Of a stretch of 64,000 nucleotides of DNA, positions 43,431 to 55,304 are shown piece after piece. Made by a program: the position numbers and the translations under genes. Each line of letters begins with the position of its first letter. Position 1 is the first letter of the stretch. The notes beneath the pieces were generated by a model, which had not been told where the DNA came from, made no database searches, and was given only the letters and a program-made list of their open reading frames with translations. Location: NCBI GenBank assembly GCA_951804945.1, contig OX638149.1, positions 85,684,001 through 85,748,000 of the forward strand. The letters run 5' to 3'. The DNA is from Podarcis cretensis (lineage: Eukaryota).

Positions 43431-46000
43431 AGATTTGCCACACACAGACTGAAGAGAAGGAAAGATCCCAGACAAACCCCTCTTGGAGAGCAGACCCTTT
43501 CCTCCCCTCCCCCATTTCCCCCACATCCACAGGCAGGGAAGATGCCTGTCTTGACTGTGACTGTAATGTCCCTCCTCTCCTTGGGACTTCTGCAGACCAG
43601 AAAATCTCACCAGGCATTTGAGGAAGTGGCGAGATTGCTGGACGGGTGCTCTTGTGGGGTGCTTGCTCATCAGCTACATGCTCTAACTTGATGTTTTGTA
43701 GCAGCATTTTCAAGGGGGACGTGCCCCTTTCCTTTCTTCTCAACCCTTCCCCCTCTACCATTATATCCCACAAGAAACAACTATACTTACCCATCAGATT
43801 GTGGGGGGAGGATCAGACCTGGATGGTGTAGAACAGGTGCACTTTTGCACCCTGTTTCCCTGCTGTCTTGGTATGCAATTTCTTAATATGTCATTGGGCT
43901 TGGGAGTCACTTCTCCTGCCCTTCCACACTCTGCTAAGCTTTCTTTCCTTGCCCTTCAGCAGCTGAACAGGCAGCAACTGCTCTGGGCTGATTACGCAGA
44001 GCAGTAGTGTAATGTCTACAGCAGCAGTGCCTCTTGTCTGGTAAGGGACTCTCCATGTGCCCCCAGGTCAGCCTGCAGGCACCTTCCAACATGAGACTAG
44101 AGCGGGGGTGGCTAAGTGTTCATACGGAGGGAACCATGTTCTTGCCGTCAACTTTCCCAAGAAGGGGAGTTAAGCGAGCATGCTCATCCTCTGAAAAGAT
44201 GGCGGCGTTTGTAGAGGGAAAGCTGCAACAGAGCTTGGAGGCTTGGGAGGCACCTAGTGGGATTTCTTACACCAGCGGAAGTGGTCTCTGTCCCATAGTC
44301 TGTGGAAAGGAGCGTTCTTGGGAGATGCTGGCCGACGAAGAAATGCCTCCATCTTGAGGTGCATAGCTGTTGGCTCTTGAGCTGGGAGACGGGTCAATGC
44401 CCCATTAGCTGCCTCTCTTTCTTTGCAATGAATGGCCGGTCCAAAGAACTTCTCTCTTGGGCAGCAGAGAGCTTTTTGCACTTTAGAAAGAAAGGTAATA
44501 TTTTGGAACCCTATTTTATTTCCCCCTGCCCGAGTGACTGGACACTCCTTCCAGCTGTCTGAGCTTGTCAGGGTTTGAATGCACACTTTGCACTCTGCTC
44601 TCTTCCCCATAGCGATAGCACAAATTAGACTGCCCTTCACCCCGCCTCCCCCTCTGAGCCTCGCATGGCAAAAAAGAGCTCTCCAGTGTCTGCGCAGCAA
44701 GGGAAAGGAGGAATCTGGAGGAAAGCCCAATCCACCCTCGCTGCTTCTGAAGCAATAAGGGAGGGGGAGGAATCCACCCCATAGCTCTCTCAATTGCCCA
44801 GCCCAATTGCATTGAATGCTGCGGCACCTGAGCCTCAGGGAAGAGCAGCTTCCCCTGCACTGATGGGGGTGGGGGATAAATATCTAGATCTACTGAATCC
44901 CAGAGGTTCCCCCTCACTTCCACATGAGGAGCAGGCTTCTTTGCCGAGAGGACAATGCTAGTGTGATGAGTTCCAGAGTGCCTCAGTACACAGGAGCTTT
45001 GCTGCAAATTGAATTTTTCTACAGAAAACGCCCACTGATCTTCTTCTAGAAGTGGAAACCTTCTGCCTTGTTGTGTTGGCTCCTGTGGAAAAAAAAATAT
45101 TGTAGAATCAATCTCTTGCTTTTGTTTTCTTTCAAAAGAGGAAGGTGAGAATAGCCATAAATAGGAGGTTCAAGTGCATCAGCCCAGATAACTCCCACGG
45201 AGATCTCTAGGCTCTGGATATTTTGTGTTTTGTTTTGTTTTTCCAAAGTGGGAGCACCTTCACAACTCTCCATATGCATTGGTCAGCCGGAGAAGTGCTG
45301 AAATGCAGCAAGTTGGCATGTCAGGAGCATTAGTCTGGGAAGAATCTCGTCCTGCGGCAAGAGGGATAAAACAAGTAGCAGACTGATCGGGTGGGGTATT
45401 GGCTTCGCTGTCCTACAGCCTTCTCAAATGTGGCCCTCAAATGACTGTGGCTTAAACTTCAAAGCAAATTGTAATACTTCAATGCCTAAACTGGCCCCCA
45501 CCTCAGAGGGGAAGTGATGACATAAAGGAAAGAGAAATTATATATGAAATCACTTAGTGATTTAAAACAAAAACATGCTCCCTAAATAAATCTCCCTAAA
45601 GAAAGTCACTATTGTCTAAAAGGGTTTGGTTGTTCTTTTGTGTTCTTTTGTTTTTTTGAAGAAATTGTAAATATATATTTTTTGTTGCTAACTTAGAGTC
45701 AATCTCCAATGTTGTGCTTTAAAATTAAATGTAAACATTAAGGGTAAAAGAAACCAAGTCTTGCGCTCTCTCGGTTGACATGTTTAGGGTTGGGGGATAT
45801 TTGGGGCTAAAGGGAGGGGAGCTAGTTGGGATTTTTTCATTTTCTAATCATTTGCCAATAATGGTTTTAGAGAATCTTTCCTCAAACATATTACCACAGG
45901 AATGAGAGACAAGTGAAAGGGGGAAGAGAAGATACCAGCCTCTGAAGGGAGACCTTGTTTCATGGGGTGGATTTTGGAATAAAAATTTCAAGAAAAAACA
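43431..46000 (+). other. KDM2A: KDM2A 3' UTR (approximate) with candidate polyadenylation signals
   Basis: No recognisable repeats after the stop; AATAAA at 45585-45590 and 45978-45983, ATTAAA at 45724-45729; U-rich distal block. The actual end cannot be determined from DNA alone. Confidence 0.65.
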
Positions 46001-47371
46001 TGCGGGTCTGCATATTGATTGCAATGTGAGCTCAAATCCAAGGGCAACTACAGTCTGAATGAGAGAACCCAGTGGGTAATTTATCCTCCCTATATATAGG
46101 GACTTGTGTATCCCATGCTATTAAAATTTTGTACTCAGGCAATCCAAATTCTGTGTCCAGAAAAACTGAATTCTCTTAACTTGCATCAGTTACACAACCT
46201 TGTTCATTTTGCATAGCTTTGTAGGTTTTAAAAAAAAAGATATAATTATGCCAACTTAGGTAGACATGGGAGATAGACATTGAACTAAACTGGGTACTTG
46301 AAGCCCTATTCTCATCCCTTGGAAATACTGCTTTAAGACTTTGGCAAGCATTACCCCTACATTTTCAAGCATACCTTAAAAGTCACGAGGACTAGGAAGT
46401 TTTCTTTAAAAATTATGCTAAATTCTGCATTGTCTACCATTTTCTGCATGCCAAGAGTATTGCAGCATATAAATAGCCCTGCTTATATCAAATAGAGGAG
46501 TGTTTCCAGGACCACCACACAATTCTAGGTCAAAGGACCCATTACTATAGTTGAAGCCCTTAAGCTTGTTTGGTCTTAGATGGAACATTGTAATGACATT
46601 TTGGGCTGTAAGCTCATTGGTAATTTGTAAAAGATAGTGATATTGTTGCACTTCAAGATGGTAATTGAGTTTCAAGATAAATTTATGAGATAACTAAGGC
46701 GTGGAACTATTTCCTTGTAGAGCAGAATAACAAAAACTGAGCAAAATAACATTGAGATAGAATTCCATTGCAATAGCCGCGTGATTCAAACTCCCAACGC
46801 CATCTTCCAGGAATCATGTGTTTTGCTATTAGTTTTGCACTCTTACCTAGCACATTGGGTACATCTGGCTAAGCAAATTTGTAAGGCACAGCCACCTCCC
46901 AAATACTGATATTCATCCCAATCTTCTGGCATTCTTTTGCATTCACAATTTGTTACATTTTCCTCTCATGCCCAATTAGTGCTTTATTTTCTCCAATCTC
47001 TCTCCCTGTCAGCTTTTTAATTTTACTGGCTTCTTGCATTGCTCCTACCTGAGATACAACGTAATCCTTTCCTAAACGAGAGTATGTTTTTATCATAATT
47101 TAATGTAAAGGTAACACATAAAGTTCTTATCTGTTTTGTATGCAAGGTACAGGTGTATCAAGGTCATTTAAGTTGGCTGTTCTTGTTAATTCTATTTGTA
47201 GACCACCCTGTATCTGTAGATCTCAGGGCTGTTGTGAGGGGCTATCCAATTTTTTTAAAAAAAAAAATCAGACATTTATTTTTAACAGGCTATAGCATCT
47301 ATATCTCGCCTTATACTTTCTTAATATTACTAAATATATTGGTACTCCTCAAACTATATGAATATCAACAA

Positions 47372-47516
47372 TGAGAGGTGGTGGACTCTCCTTCCTTGGA
47401 GGTTTTTAAACAGGTTGGATGGCCATCTGTCATGGATGCTTTAGCTGAGATCCCTGCATTGCAGGGGGTTAGACTAGATGACCCTTGGATCCCTTCCAAC
47501 TCCACGATTCTATGAT
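47372..47516 (+). mobile_element. CR1 LINE 3' end
   Basis: ...GACTCTCCTTCCTTGGAGGTTTTTAAACAG...GACTAGATGACCC...CCCTTCCAAC...ATTCTATGAT CR1 terminus. Confidence 0.8.
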
Positions 47517-50336
47517 ATCTGAACTATTTATCCAGTCCCCTCTGGCTCACCTGTTGGTATAAATGTAACTTCAGGGCACTGTGGCCAAAATTGCTGGACT
47601 CAATTTTCAAAACACATTGGAAAAATCGGAAAAGGCTCGGGAAAATGAGTACTGTAGATACCTGGGGGATGGGGGAAAGATCTCTAATTATAAGCTGCCC
47701 TGGGAACACTGTAGTGTTGAGGATATAGGATAAAGGTGTCAAATAAAAACAGAAGTTTTCATTCTACGTATTGGCTTCTGATAGGAGCAAGTGCTAATCT
47801 AGCAGACGTATATGACAGCTGCTAGCTGAAAACAAATCGGGTAAATCTAGTTCATGAAGACAAAAAGTTCATAATAGCAAGGCCAACTCGTTGGATCCCT
47901 TTACTGAATAGCGTTTGGGGCACTTGTTGAAGATGCCCTGACAGTCTAACAAGTGACTGAGAGAATGCAGGAAATGCAGCATGAAATATGCTGGCCTATA
48001 AGGAAAGCAAAGATCATGTGAGCTCATACTCTCAGATCTGTAAAATTAGAGTGTTAAACATGTCACTTCCTTAGCGTATGTATATGAAAGCCAACTAAAG
48101 AGTCTTTGTAAGAAATTGAATTAACAAAGTGTCTTCTGCAGGTTGGTTTGCAAGCTTCTCTTAGGAAATGAGGTATACTTTGTGTTCATTCTGTCAAAAG
48201 TTAATGCTAATGGTATATCCTTTATAACTGAAACTGAAAGAAATGTTAGAAGGTGGAAGCAAACATCAAAGACTGTAGCTGTCATGCAGTGATGCATTTG
48301 GACTGTCTTGAGCAGCCCTAGGTTTAATCCCTGGCATCTCCCAATTAAAAGGATCTCCAGAAGTAAGACGTCTGTGTGTGGCCTAGCAGATCCACCACCA
48401 GCTCTGGCCTAAATTGACCAGTTTTTCGACTCCATATAAGGCAATATTTTATATGCACCAGCATCTTTGCTACTTTGAAAACACTGTCTCTCATTGGTTG
48501 CACAACTGTCAGATAATAGAGCACCAACAGTCGAGATTAATAGCAAATTAATTTCCTTTGATTTTTTAAAATCTTTATACTTCTGTTTGTGAAAATATTA
48601 ATTTCTCTCTCTTTAGCATCATTTAAGCTGTGCTTTCTATTGCCCCAACTCTCCCTACCCCAACCACCACCCTTCAAAAGCAAGCATTGGTGTATGTTGC
48701 CACCGTTTAACTTAAAGCCTCAAATTTGGGCAATGTTTGTGGCTACAAATTGCTTCCTCCCTCTTGGAGGAAAAGTACCATCTGCTGAGCTTAATTTATA
48801 ATCTCCATATTTGGGGCCTTTAAACATCTCCCTAGAGTCCAATTTCCTAAATCCATACCACCCTCTTCCTCATTCATGGATTGATTAAAACCAGAAAATT
48901 GCTACTTGAGCCAACAGCAGCTTTTGGATGTTCTGATACTCTGCAGACAATTTCTTTGTGTATATCCACAAACCATGAGGTGGGCAAAATATTTTTGATT
49001 TAGATTAATTGATGTTTGGGGTCCCTGTATCACAAGAGAAGGATATGTACTGTGTACCTCTTAATCTGTGTGCTTGGTCTGGAATAAGTTGAGTGTTCTC
49101 TGAGGAAGTTTTTAAGGAAAGATCAGATCATAAGATTCACACTTAAATGCCCACAAGGTTCTAGATTTTGAATTTTGAAGCATCCTGATGTAAAATACAG
49201 AAGGCTCCTGCACCCTCGCTCATGGATATGTTTTGGTGTATCTGCAAAATAGCAATGTATTTTAAAAACCAACATGAGTACAGTCTTTCATACAAGCAAT
49301 TCTACACATGTATAGACAACATGTAACCACATTCAGTGCAAGAGGTGAACAACTCTGCAGACGCTGGCACAACCAGGTCACTGGAGGATGAAAAATAAAT
49401 CCATATACCAGGGGGCTGTGCTAGGCCATATGTCTCTACATATTTATTTGCAAATGTGCATCTCCCCTTCAAATATTCATGCTGTTCACCATGTAGTTAT
49501 TGGTACCAGTTGGCCAGTATTTTCCTGGCCTAATTAGTAAAGCCATGATATCAAAAGTTGGGCACCCTGTGTGAGCACACCAGGAACATCTTACCTGGGT
49601 CAGGTGTAGAATGGTAATGAGGTTCTATATTAAAACAATGTTAATTTGCTCTATTTACTTTATTACCTTATTTATGTATTTACTTACTAGTCATTTGTTA
49701 GCTTTGTTTTGTTCTTCCACCAAAGTATCCTAAGATGCCTGAATCAAGCCAGTGAGGGAAAATAATTAAGTCTACAATCCTCTCTACCTGGGAGCAAATT
49801 CAATGGGACTTACCTTGTGTGTGCATGGCAAATAGCTTGGGATCTAAGTTACTAGATAGTATAGACATACACCATCTGTTAGATTTCTATCCACATAGAT
49901 TTACTACTCAAGCTTGAACCTTCTTGTAGGTAGCTAAGAGAATATTTTAGTTGCTCAAACTGTAGAGTGAGTTGGTACAAGGCTTTACAGGCAGAGAGGG
50001 CATTGTTGCATAATTTTATATTTACAAATGCTCTATGATGTAACATACATAACATGAGAAAGCTTGAAATCTGTGGGATGGGGAAAATTAAATTGTGGGG
50101 AAAATTTAATAGTGGGAAAAGGGGGTCAGATCTTGAAATGGGCTTTCCGGAGTACATTTGTAGTATTAGTATTGTCTCTTACTTTTCCATAAGGTTGTCA
50201 GTCCCCATTCCTGCAAAAACCATTTTTCAGATGAGGTTTAACCCAATATTACTTCTCTAATTGTTACAAAGCAGAGAAAGCCCCTTGGGAGAATTTGAAA
50301 ACCCTTCAGCAAAGGCTGTTTTCTGTTGGTCTAAGC

Positions 50337-51072
50337 CAGGCAAACTACGGTCCAGGGCCCAGATACAGCCCACCAGGCTCATAAATCCAGCCCACGGAAC
50401 CTGCCGCCTGCTCAGCCAGTCCCTGTGCTGAGCTAAAGCGGTGCAGCATGGCATTTCTTTGAAAAGAAGCCGCAGATGCCTCACCGCACTGGAAATGACT
50501 TCTGTGACACTGGCATGGCTTCGGATTGGCTGCAGGAAGTTCCTGCAGCCAATCTGAAGCCTCGCCACCCACATGCAGAGGTAAACCCGGCGCAGCCATG
50601 AACAGAGAGGCTGGTGGGTGGGCAGCGGGTCTGGGCCACGCCATGGGCATCATGACAGGCGCATTGTGGGCTTCAGCCGGAGCTTGGCATGCCTGTTGGC
50701 CCCGTGCCTGGCGCCCGGCTCAGCACACCTGCTGGTGGTGCGCTTGGCGGCCGCGCCGGAACAGCTGGAGGGTGAGCTGCGCGTCACCTGCCCGGCGCTC
50801 CGCATGCATGGGCCACAGCACATGGTGCACGCCACCTGGGAGCTCTGCAGGGACGGGCTGATGGAGCGGCTGCTGCTTGTCAAGAACGCCGGTGAGCGGG
50901 GGGCACCAAAACACGCTCCTGAGCACATGCAGAGTACGTTCCTCCAGGTCTGGAGGCAGCTGCAGGACTGGCTTGCAGGGTATTTATATTTTTCAAAATA
51001 TAGTCCATCCATCCCCACAAGGTCTGAGGGACAGTGGACTGGCCCCCTGATGAAAAAGTTTGCTGACCCCTG
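50337..51072. mobile_element. Non-autonomous hAT element with GC-rich coding-like cargo
   Basis: Right TIR AGTTTGCTGACCCCTG; left TIR CAGG[6-bp gap]CAAACT; GGCCC subterminal motifs; 8-bp TSD GTCTAAGC (50329-50336) / ATCTAAGC (51073-51080). Confidence 0.8.
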
Positions 51073-53097
51073 ATCTAAGCTCATATATCAAACCAGACTA
51101 AAGTTCTAATGTGCATTGGAGGCCTGAATATCCTAGCTGCCATTTAAAAAAAAAAAAAATTATAGTTCTACCTAGATACAGAGGGATGATTTAAAATGAT
51201 ACCGCATCTATAAAAGCATCCAGGACAAGAGAATTTAAGAAGGACCTCACTGGGACTTGGTCACAATCCCATGGCCCTCCTTATAAAATGCAGTCTCTGA
51301 TTCCTGATCTAGAGCCCACTGTCCTACAGGACTGTTCTGTTCGGTTAGCTGTAAATGTTGTTTCATTTTCCTTATTGTCCTGCTGTCTTTCCTCATCCCT
51401 TAACCTCCTACAACTTTGCCTTGACTTCTGCTTGCCCCACTTGTTGATGTCTTTAACAGAGGTACTCTGAAGACACTGCGGGTTTTGAATGGCACTTTGT
51501 TGGTAAAGATTAATTTGTTATGTGCATGCACAGAAACACACACATGGCGAGTCTGCTAAAAGGCTCAAAAACCAGTCATATACCTGACTCGCCATGGATG
51601 GCATGAGCCAAACTTACAGCTCCTGATATTGACTGCTATTTTGTGTATTAAGAAATTAAATATGAGTTATTACTAGTGGGCTTCATCTAATAATCTGCGA
51701 AACACTTCTGCTTGTGACTAACTTGTGGAATTTGGCTGACAAATCTGGATTTTTACTTGCACATTTTGACTTGAGTGTCGGAGACGGGATTGAATTTTGC
51801 TATTTTACTCTGTTGTTGGCTTCCAACTTAACATATGGAAATGGTCACAAAATCTTGGGCATTCGTATTATGTTGATGACTCACAAGTTAAACTGAAGCT
51901 AAGCAGCAATTTTCCAACCTGAACCCAATAGTCTATTGGAACTAAGCCTGAAATCCTGAACCAGCTTGGTTCTAATTTTTAATAATCTGTTTCAAAATAT
52001 CTCTATTCTGTGTTTTCTCCATTCCTAGCCCTCCTGTGTGGTGTTACAATGTAATAATAAACCACCTAATTCAAGTGATCTTGAATAGCTATTCTAGGAG
52101 GTTCTAGAGGGTTGTTTTTTTCATCCACAAAGCTGCTTTTCAAAAGTGGAAGCTACAGTCACCAAATGTTTTCCCTGCCAAGTGATCCCATTAATAAAAG
52201 CTGAGTGAAGTGTGTCAAGCCATCTATCCATGCAAACATCCTCAAGCATGCAGGGGACTGAAGGCTTTAAGCTATCTTCTCTCAAAGAGGTACCTGGTGT
52301 TCAACAAGCAGCTGTGTGACTGGGGAGATGGGTTTTTGATCCAGAGAAGGGCAGTGAGCCATTTTCTAGAAAAAGTCAGAATGGCAGCTTCAGAAATAAC
52401 CCAATCAAGTTGTCATAAAGATCCTAGTTCTATCTTCCACTGATTTCTCAGTCAAGCTTATCTTCTGCCCCACAGAGCTGAATTCAAGTAACAGTGCACA
52501 CATCTGCAATGCCAAAAAGCTGAACCCAAGAGAGGTTGCAGCTTAAAAAGCTGCCCAGGCATTTCCTTGCCATGGAACGGTGTTCAAAACCCAAACAATT
52601 TTTATTTAATTGTTTTTTAAAAAAATAGCACCTTATCTACATCACCTTTGCTTCAGACTTATTTCTTCTTTTGTCAATAGTATGTAAAATGCTTCAAAGA
52701 TTTATCAGATTTTATCTGTTGCTCGTAATGAATTTTGCCTCTACAACTTTGAAGACCCAAAGTAATTTGTATCTCACAGTAAGGTAATAGCTTTAACAGT
52801 GTAGACCAGAATTAAGGGGAAGTTGCTACATGATTACAGTATAGGGCCTCTCCCCTACTCAGATCCCTTCTATTTCTGCCTAGCAGGTAATATTCCTTTC
52901 CAGTTCAGGATACTTTAAATATACAGCAAGGGGATACATACAGCAAGACAGAAATTCCACTCCCTGCCTTCCACTGTCATTTGGTTAGTTCATAACCTCT
53001 AGTTCAGAGATTTTCTAGCAAGACTTCTCAAGAAGCTGTTCAGAAGCTTCCTCCATGAGATCAGTACCAACAGACAAATTAACCTGAAAGTGAAAAG

Positions 53098-53437
53098 GCC
53101 ATAGCGTTTGGTAGGTGATACAGCACATGCTGTGCAGGCAAGAGTCCCAGATCAGTCCTTGGACCTTCTCCAAAAGCAGGCATGGGGGACTGTTGGCCCT
53201 CCAGATGCTGCTGCACTACAATGCCCAGCAATCCTGGCCATTGGCCAGCTTGTTGGGGCTGATGGGATTTGTAGTGCAGCAACATCTGGAGGACCAAAGG
53301 TTCCTTGCTGCTGTCCTGAAAATATCAGGCAGTGGGTGATGGGGGAAGAGCCTCTTGCAAAGAGCTGGTGCTAGTCAGTGTAGTGGATTGTGCTAGGTGG
53401 CTGGAGAGTCTGACTTGGTAGAAAGCAGATTCCTATC
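53098..53437 (+). mobile_element. Squam2-like SINE interrupted by a small hAT MITE (~53178-53313)
   Basis: tRNA-like head GCCATAGC..GGTAG..AGCACATGC; internal palindromic CTACAATGCCCAGC / GATGGGATTTGTAG MITE; SINE tail ...CAGATTCCTAT. Confidence 0.55.
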
Positions 53438-54036
53438 TTCCGAAATGCAGCTTTCCCATTGCTCCCAACTTCCCTACCCCAAAGCTAAATTTGGGAGGAG
53501 TGGCATCGTCTGAACCAAAAGGGTCCCGCTAGTGCTCAGCATGTGTGTGTGCGCACCCTATAATATCCTCTACAACACACAGGGTTTCCATGATGACCTG
53601 GCTGAATTCTACAGTAGTCTTTTGATATGGAAAGTCAAGGCAGAAAGTTTGAAAACCACTGTCCTAGTTATGCAGGGCCTAATAAGGAAATGTGTGTTGG
53701 CTTCCCCTGGAGCTCTACAGTACTTACATCACTTTAAACATATTATTTCCTGGCCACATATATGGCATTTTGCCGGCTTCTCCTCCACAGGAAAAATTGG
53801 TCTCCTGCCCCAGGGTGGAGAGCGGTTTCTGTTGTATGGCGGTGCTGGTCTCACTTGGGCGAGGATGATCAACAGTAGTTGCTCTTCCTCCTCCTGGCCC
53901 TAGGTGAATAAGCTGGTGTGAACAATTCCGAATTCTGCTCTGGAGTAGGAGTGGGTAGACCTTTGTTAACTTTGTGGCCCCTTTCTGTCGCTTAGTCTGT
54001 GTATATATGGGTGTAGGATCAGAAGCCTCACTACAT

Positions 54037-54241
54037 CAGGACTGCCATATTTCAAACAGTGAAAATCCGGACAGAAAAGTTGTTGAGCTTTTGTTGCTGT
54101 TTGGCCAAAGTTGTTGAGCTTTTTGGGCTACCGCCAAACATCCGGATTTTCCTGGACATTTACCCAATGTCCACCTGGACACTGTTGCCAAATGCAGTAT
54201 TTTGTATATCTTCAGGAAAATCCAGATATATGGCAACTCTA
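54037..54241. mobile_element. MITE with GTTGCCATAT-type TIRs
   Basis: CAGGACTGCCATAT ... ATATGGCAACTCTA imperfect inverted ends; internal duplicated AAAGTTGTTGAGCTTTT. Confidence 0.55.
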
Positions 54242-54789
54242 AACTTCATTAAACTTTTCTTGTTGTATTCAGATAAAATGTTCATTGAAGCAATGTTATT
54301 TTTAGGTTTTCCTGCTGGAGCAACAGACATTTACTATACTGTGTAGTGGCCTGCTGATGAAAAACAGAGCTGCAAGAGCAAAGGTAGGGGAGAGTAATAA
54401 TTCCAAGGACTGGAATGTAAGTGCCTCACAGAATCCTCCTTGGAAACGTACCCTGGAATTATCCACGCTAAGTCTCCCAAATGTGTGTGCTGCTCTGATC
54501 TCAAAGTCTGAATGGCTCAGAAATAGGCCTCTATTTTATTTATTTTCAGTATTATTGATATAAATAAAAGCAGGAGAAATACATACACTTGGTAGATGTG
54601 AAGCAGTAGGTCACAGTGGAGTCCTGTGGTACCTTTCAGGTTAATTTATTAGTGCAGGGTTTTTTTTTAAGCCAGCAAACAGGCTTGCATCTGCTGAAAG
54701 GGTAAGGTCTGACTTACCAGAAGTAATGATGCCATTCATGAAGTACTGTGAAATCCTATGTATGTTTACTTGAAAGTAAATCCCACTGT

Positions 54790-54865
54790 TCTGGTCTGCT
54801 CTGGTCCATAGGGTCACGAAGAGTCGGACACAACTAAACGACTAAACAACAACAACAACAACAAC
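54790..54865 (+). mobile_element. BovB (RTE) LINE extreme 3' tip
   Basis: GGTCCATAGGGTCACGAAGAGTCGGACACAACTAAACGACTAAAC(AAC)n; 12-bp TSD AAATCCCACTGT at 54778-54789 and 54866-54877. Confidence 0.85.
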
Positions 54866-55080
54866 AAATCCCACTGTATCTCATGTAAATGGGTGCACAG
54901 AATTGCTGTTTTACTCTTTTAAGGCATCTGAGAATACTCTTTTGGCTTTGAAATTGAACAGTGTTTTAAAATGAAATCCTCTTGCAAAGTGTATCTTGTG
55001 GTGGGGGAGTTAGAAAACAGTTCAGAAATCTTTAAGATGACTTTAAGGACACTGCCAGAACTGCAGCTTTCAAAACTAGA

Positions 55081-55304
55081 TTCAGGTAAGTGTTGGTCTG
55101 ACGCAGTCGAAATATATATTAAAAAAAATAAAGAAATTGTTCAGTAGTACCTTAGAGACCAACTAAGTTTGTTCTTGGTATAAGCTTTCGTGTGCATGCA
55201 CGGTATCTGAAGAAGTGTGCATGCACACGAAAGCTAATACCAAGAACAAACTTAGTTGGTCTCTGAGTTGCTACTGGACAATTTCTTTATTTTTTAATAT
55301 ATTT
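55081..55304. mobile_element. Penelope-like element terminal fragment as an inverted (head-to-head) pair
   Basis: Arms of ~85 bp (~55115-55201 and ~55217-55302) are near-perfect reverse complements; contains a hammerhead core, as is typical of Penelope-like terminal repeats. Confidence 0.75.
55202..55241 (+). ncRNA. Minimal type I hammerhead ribozyme motif
   Basis: GGUAU-CUGAAGA-A-GUGUG(CAUG)CACAC-GAA-AGCU-A-AUACC: stem I 5 bp, conserved core, stem II 5 bp, palindromic AGCU stem III, CUA cleavage triplet. Confidence 0.7.
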
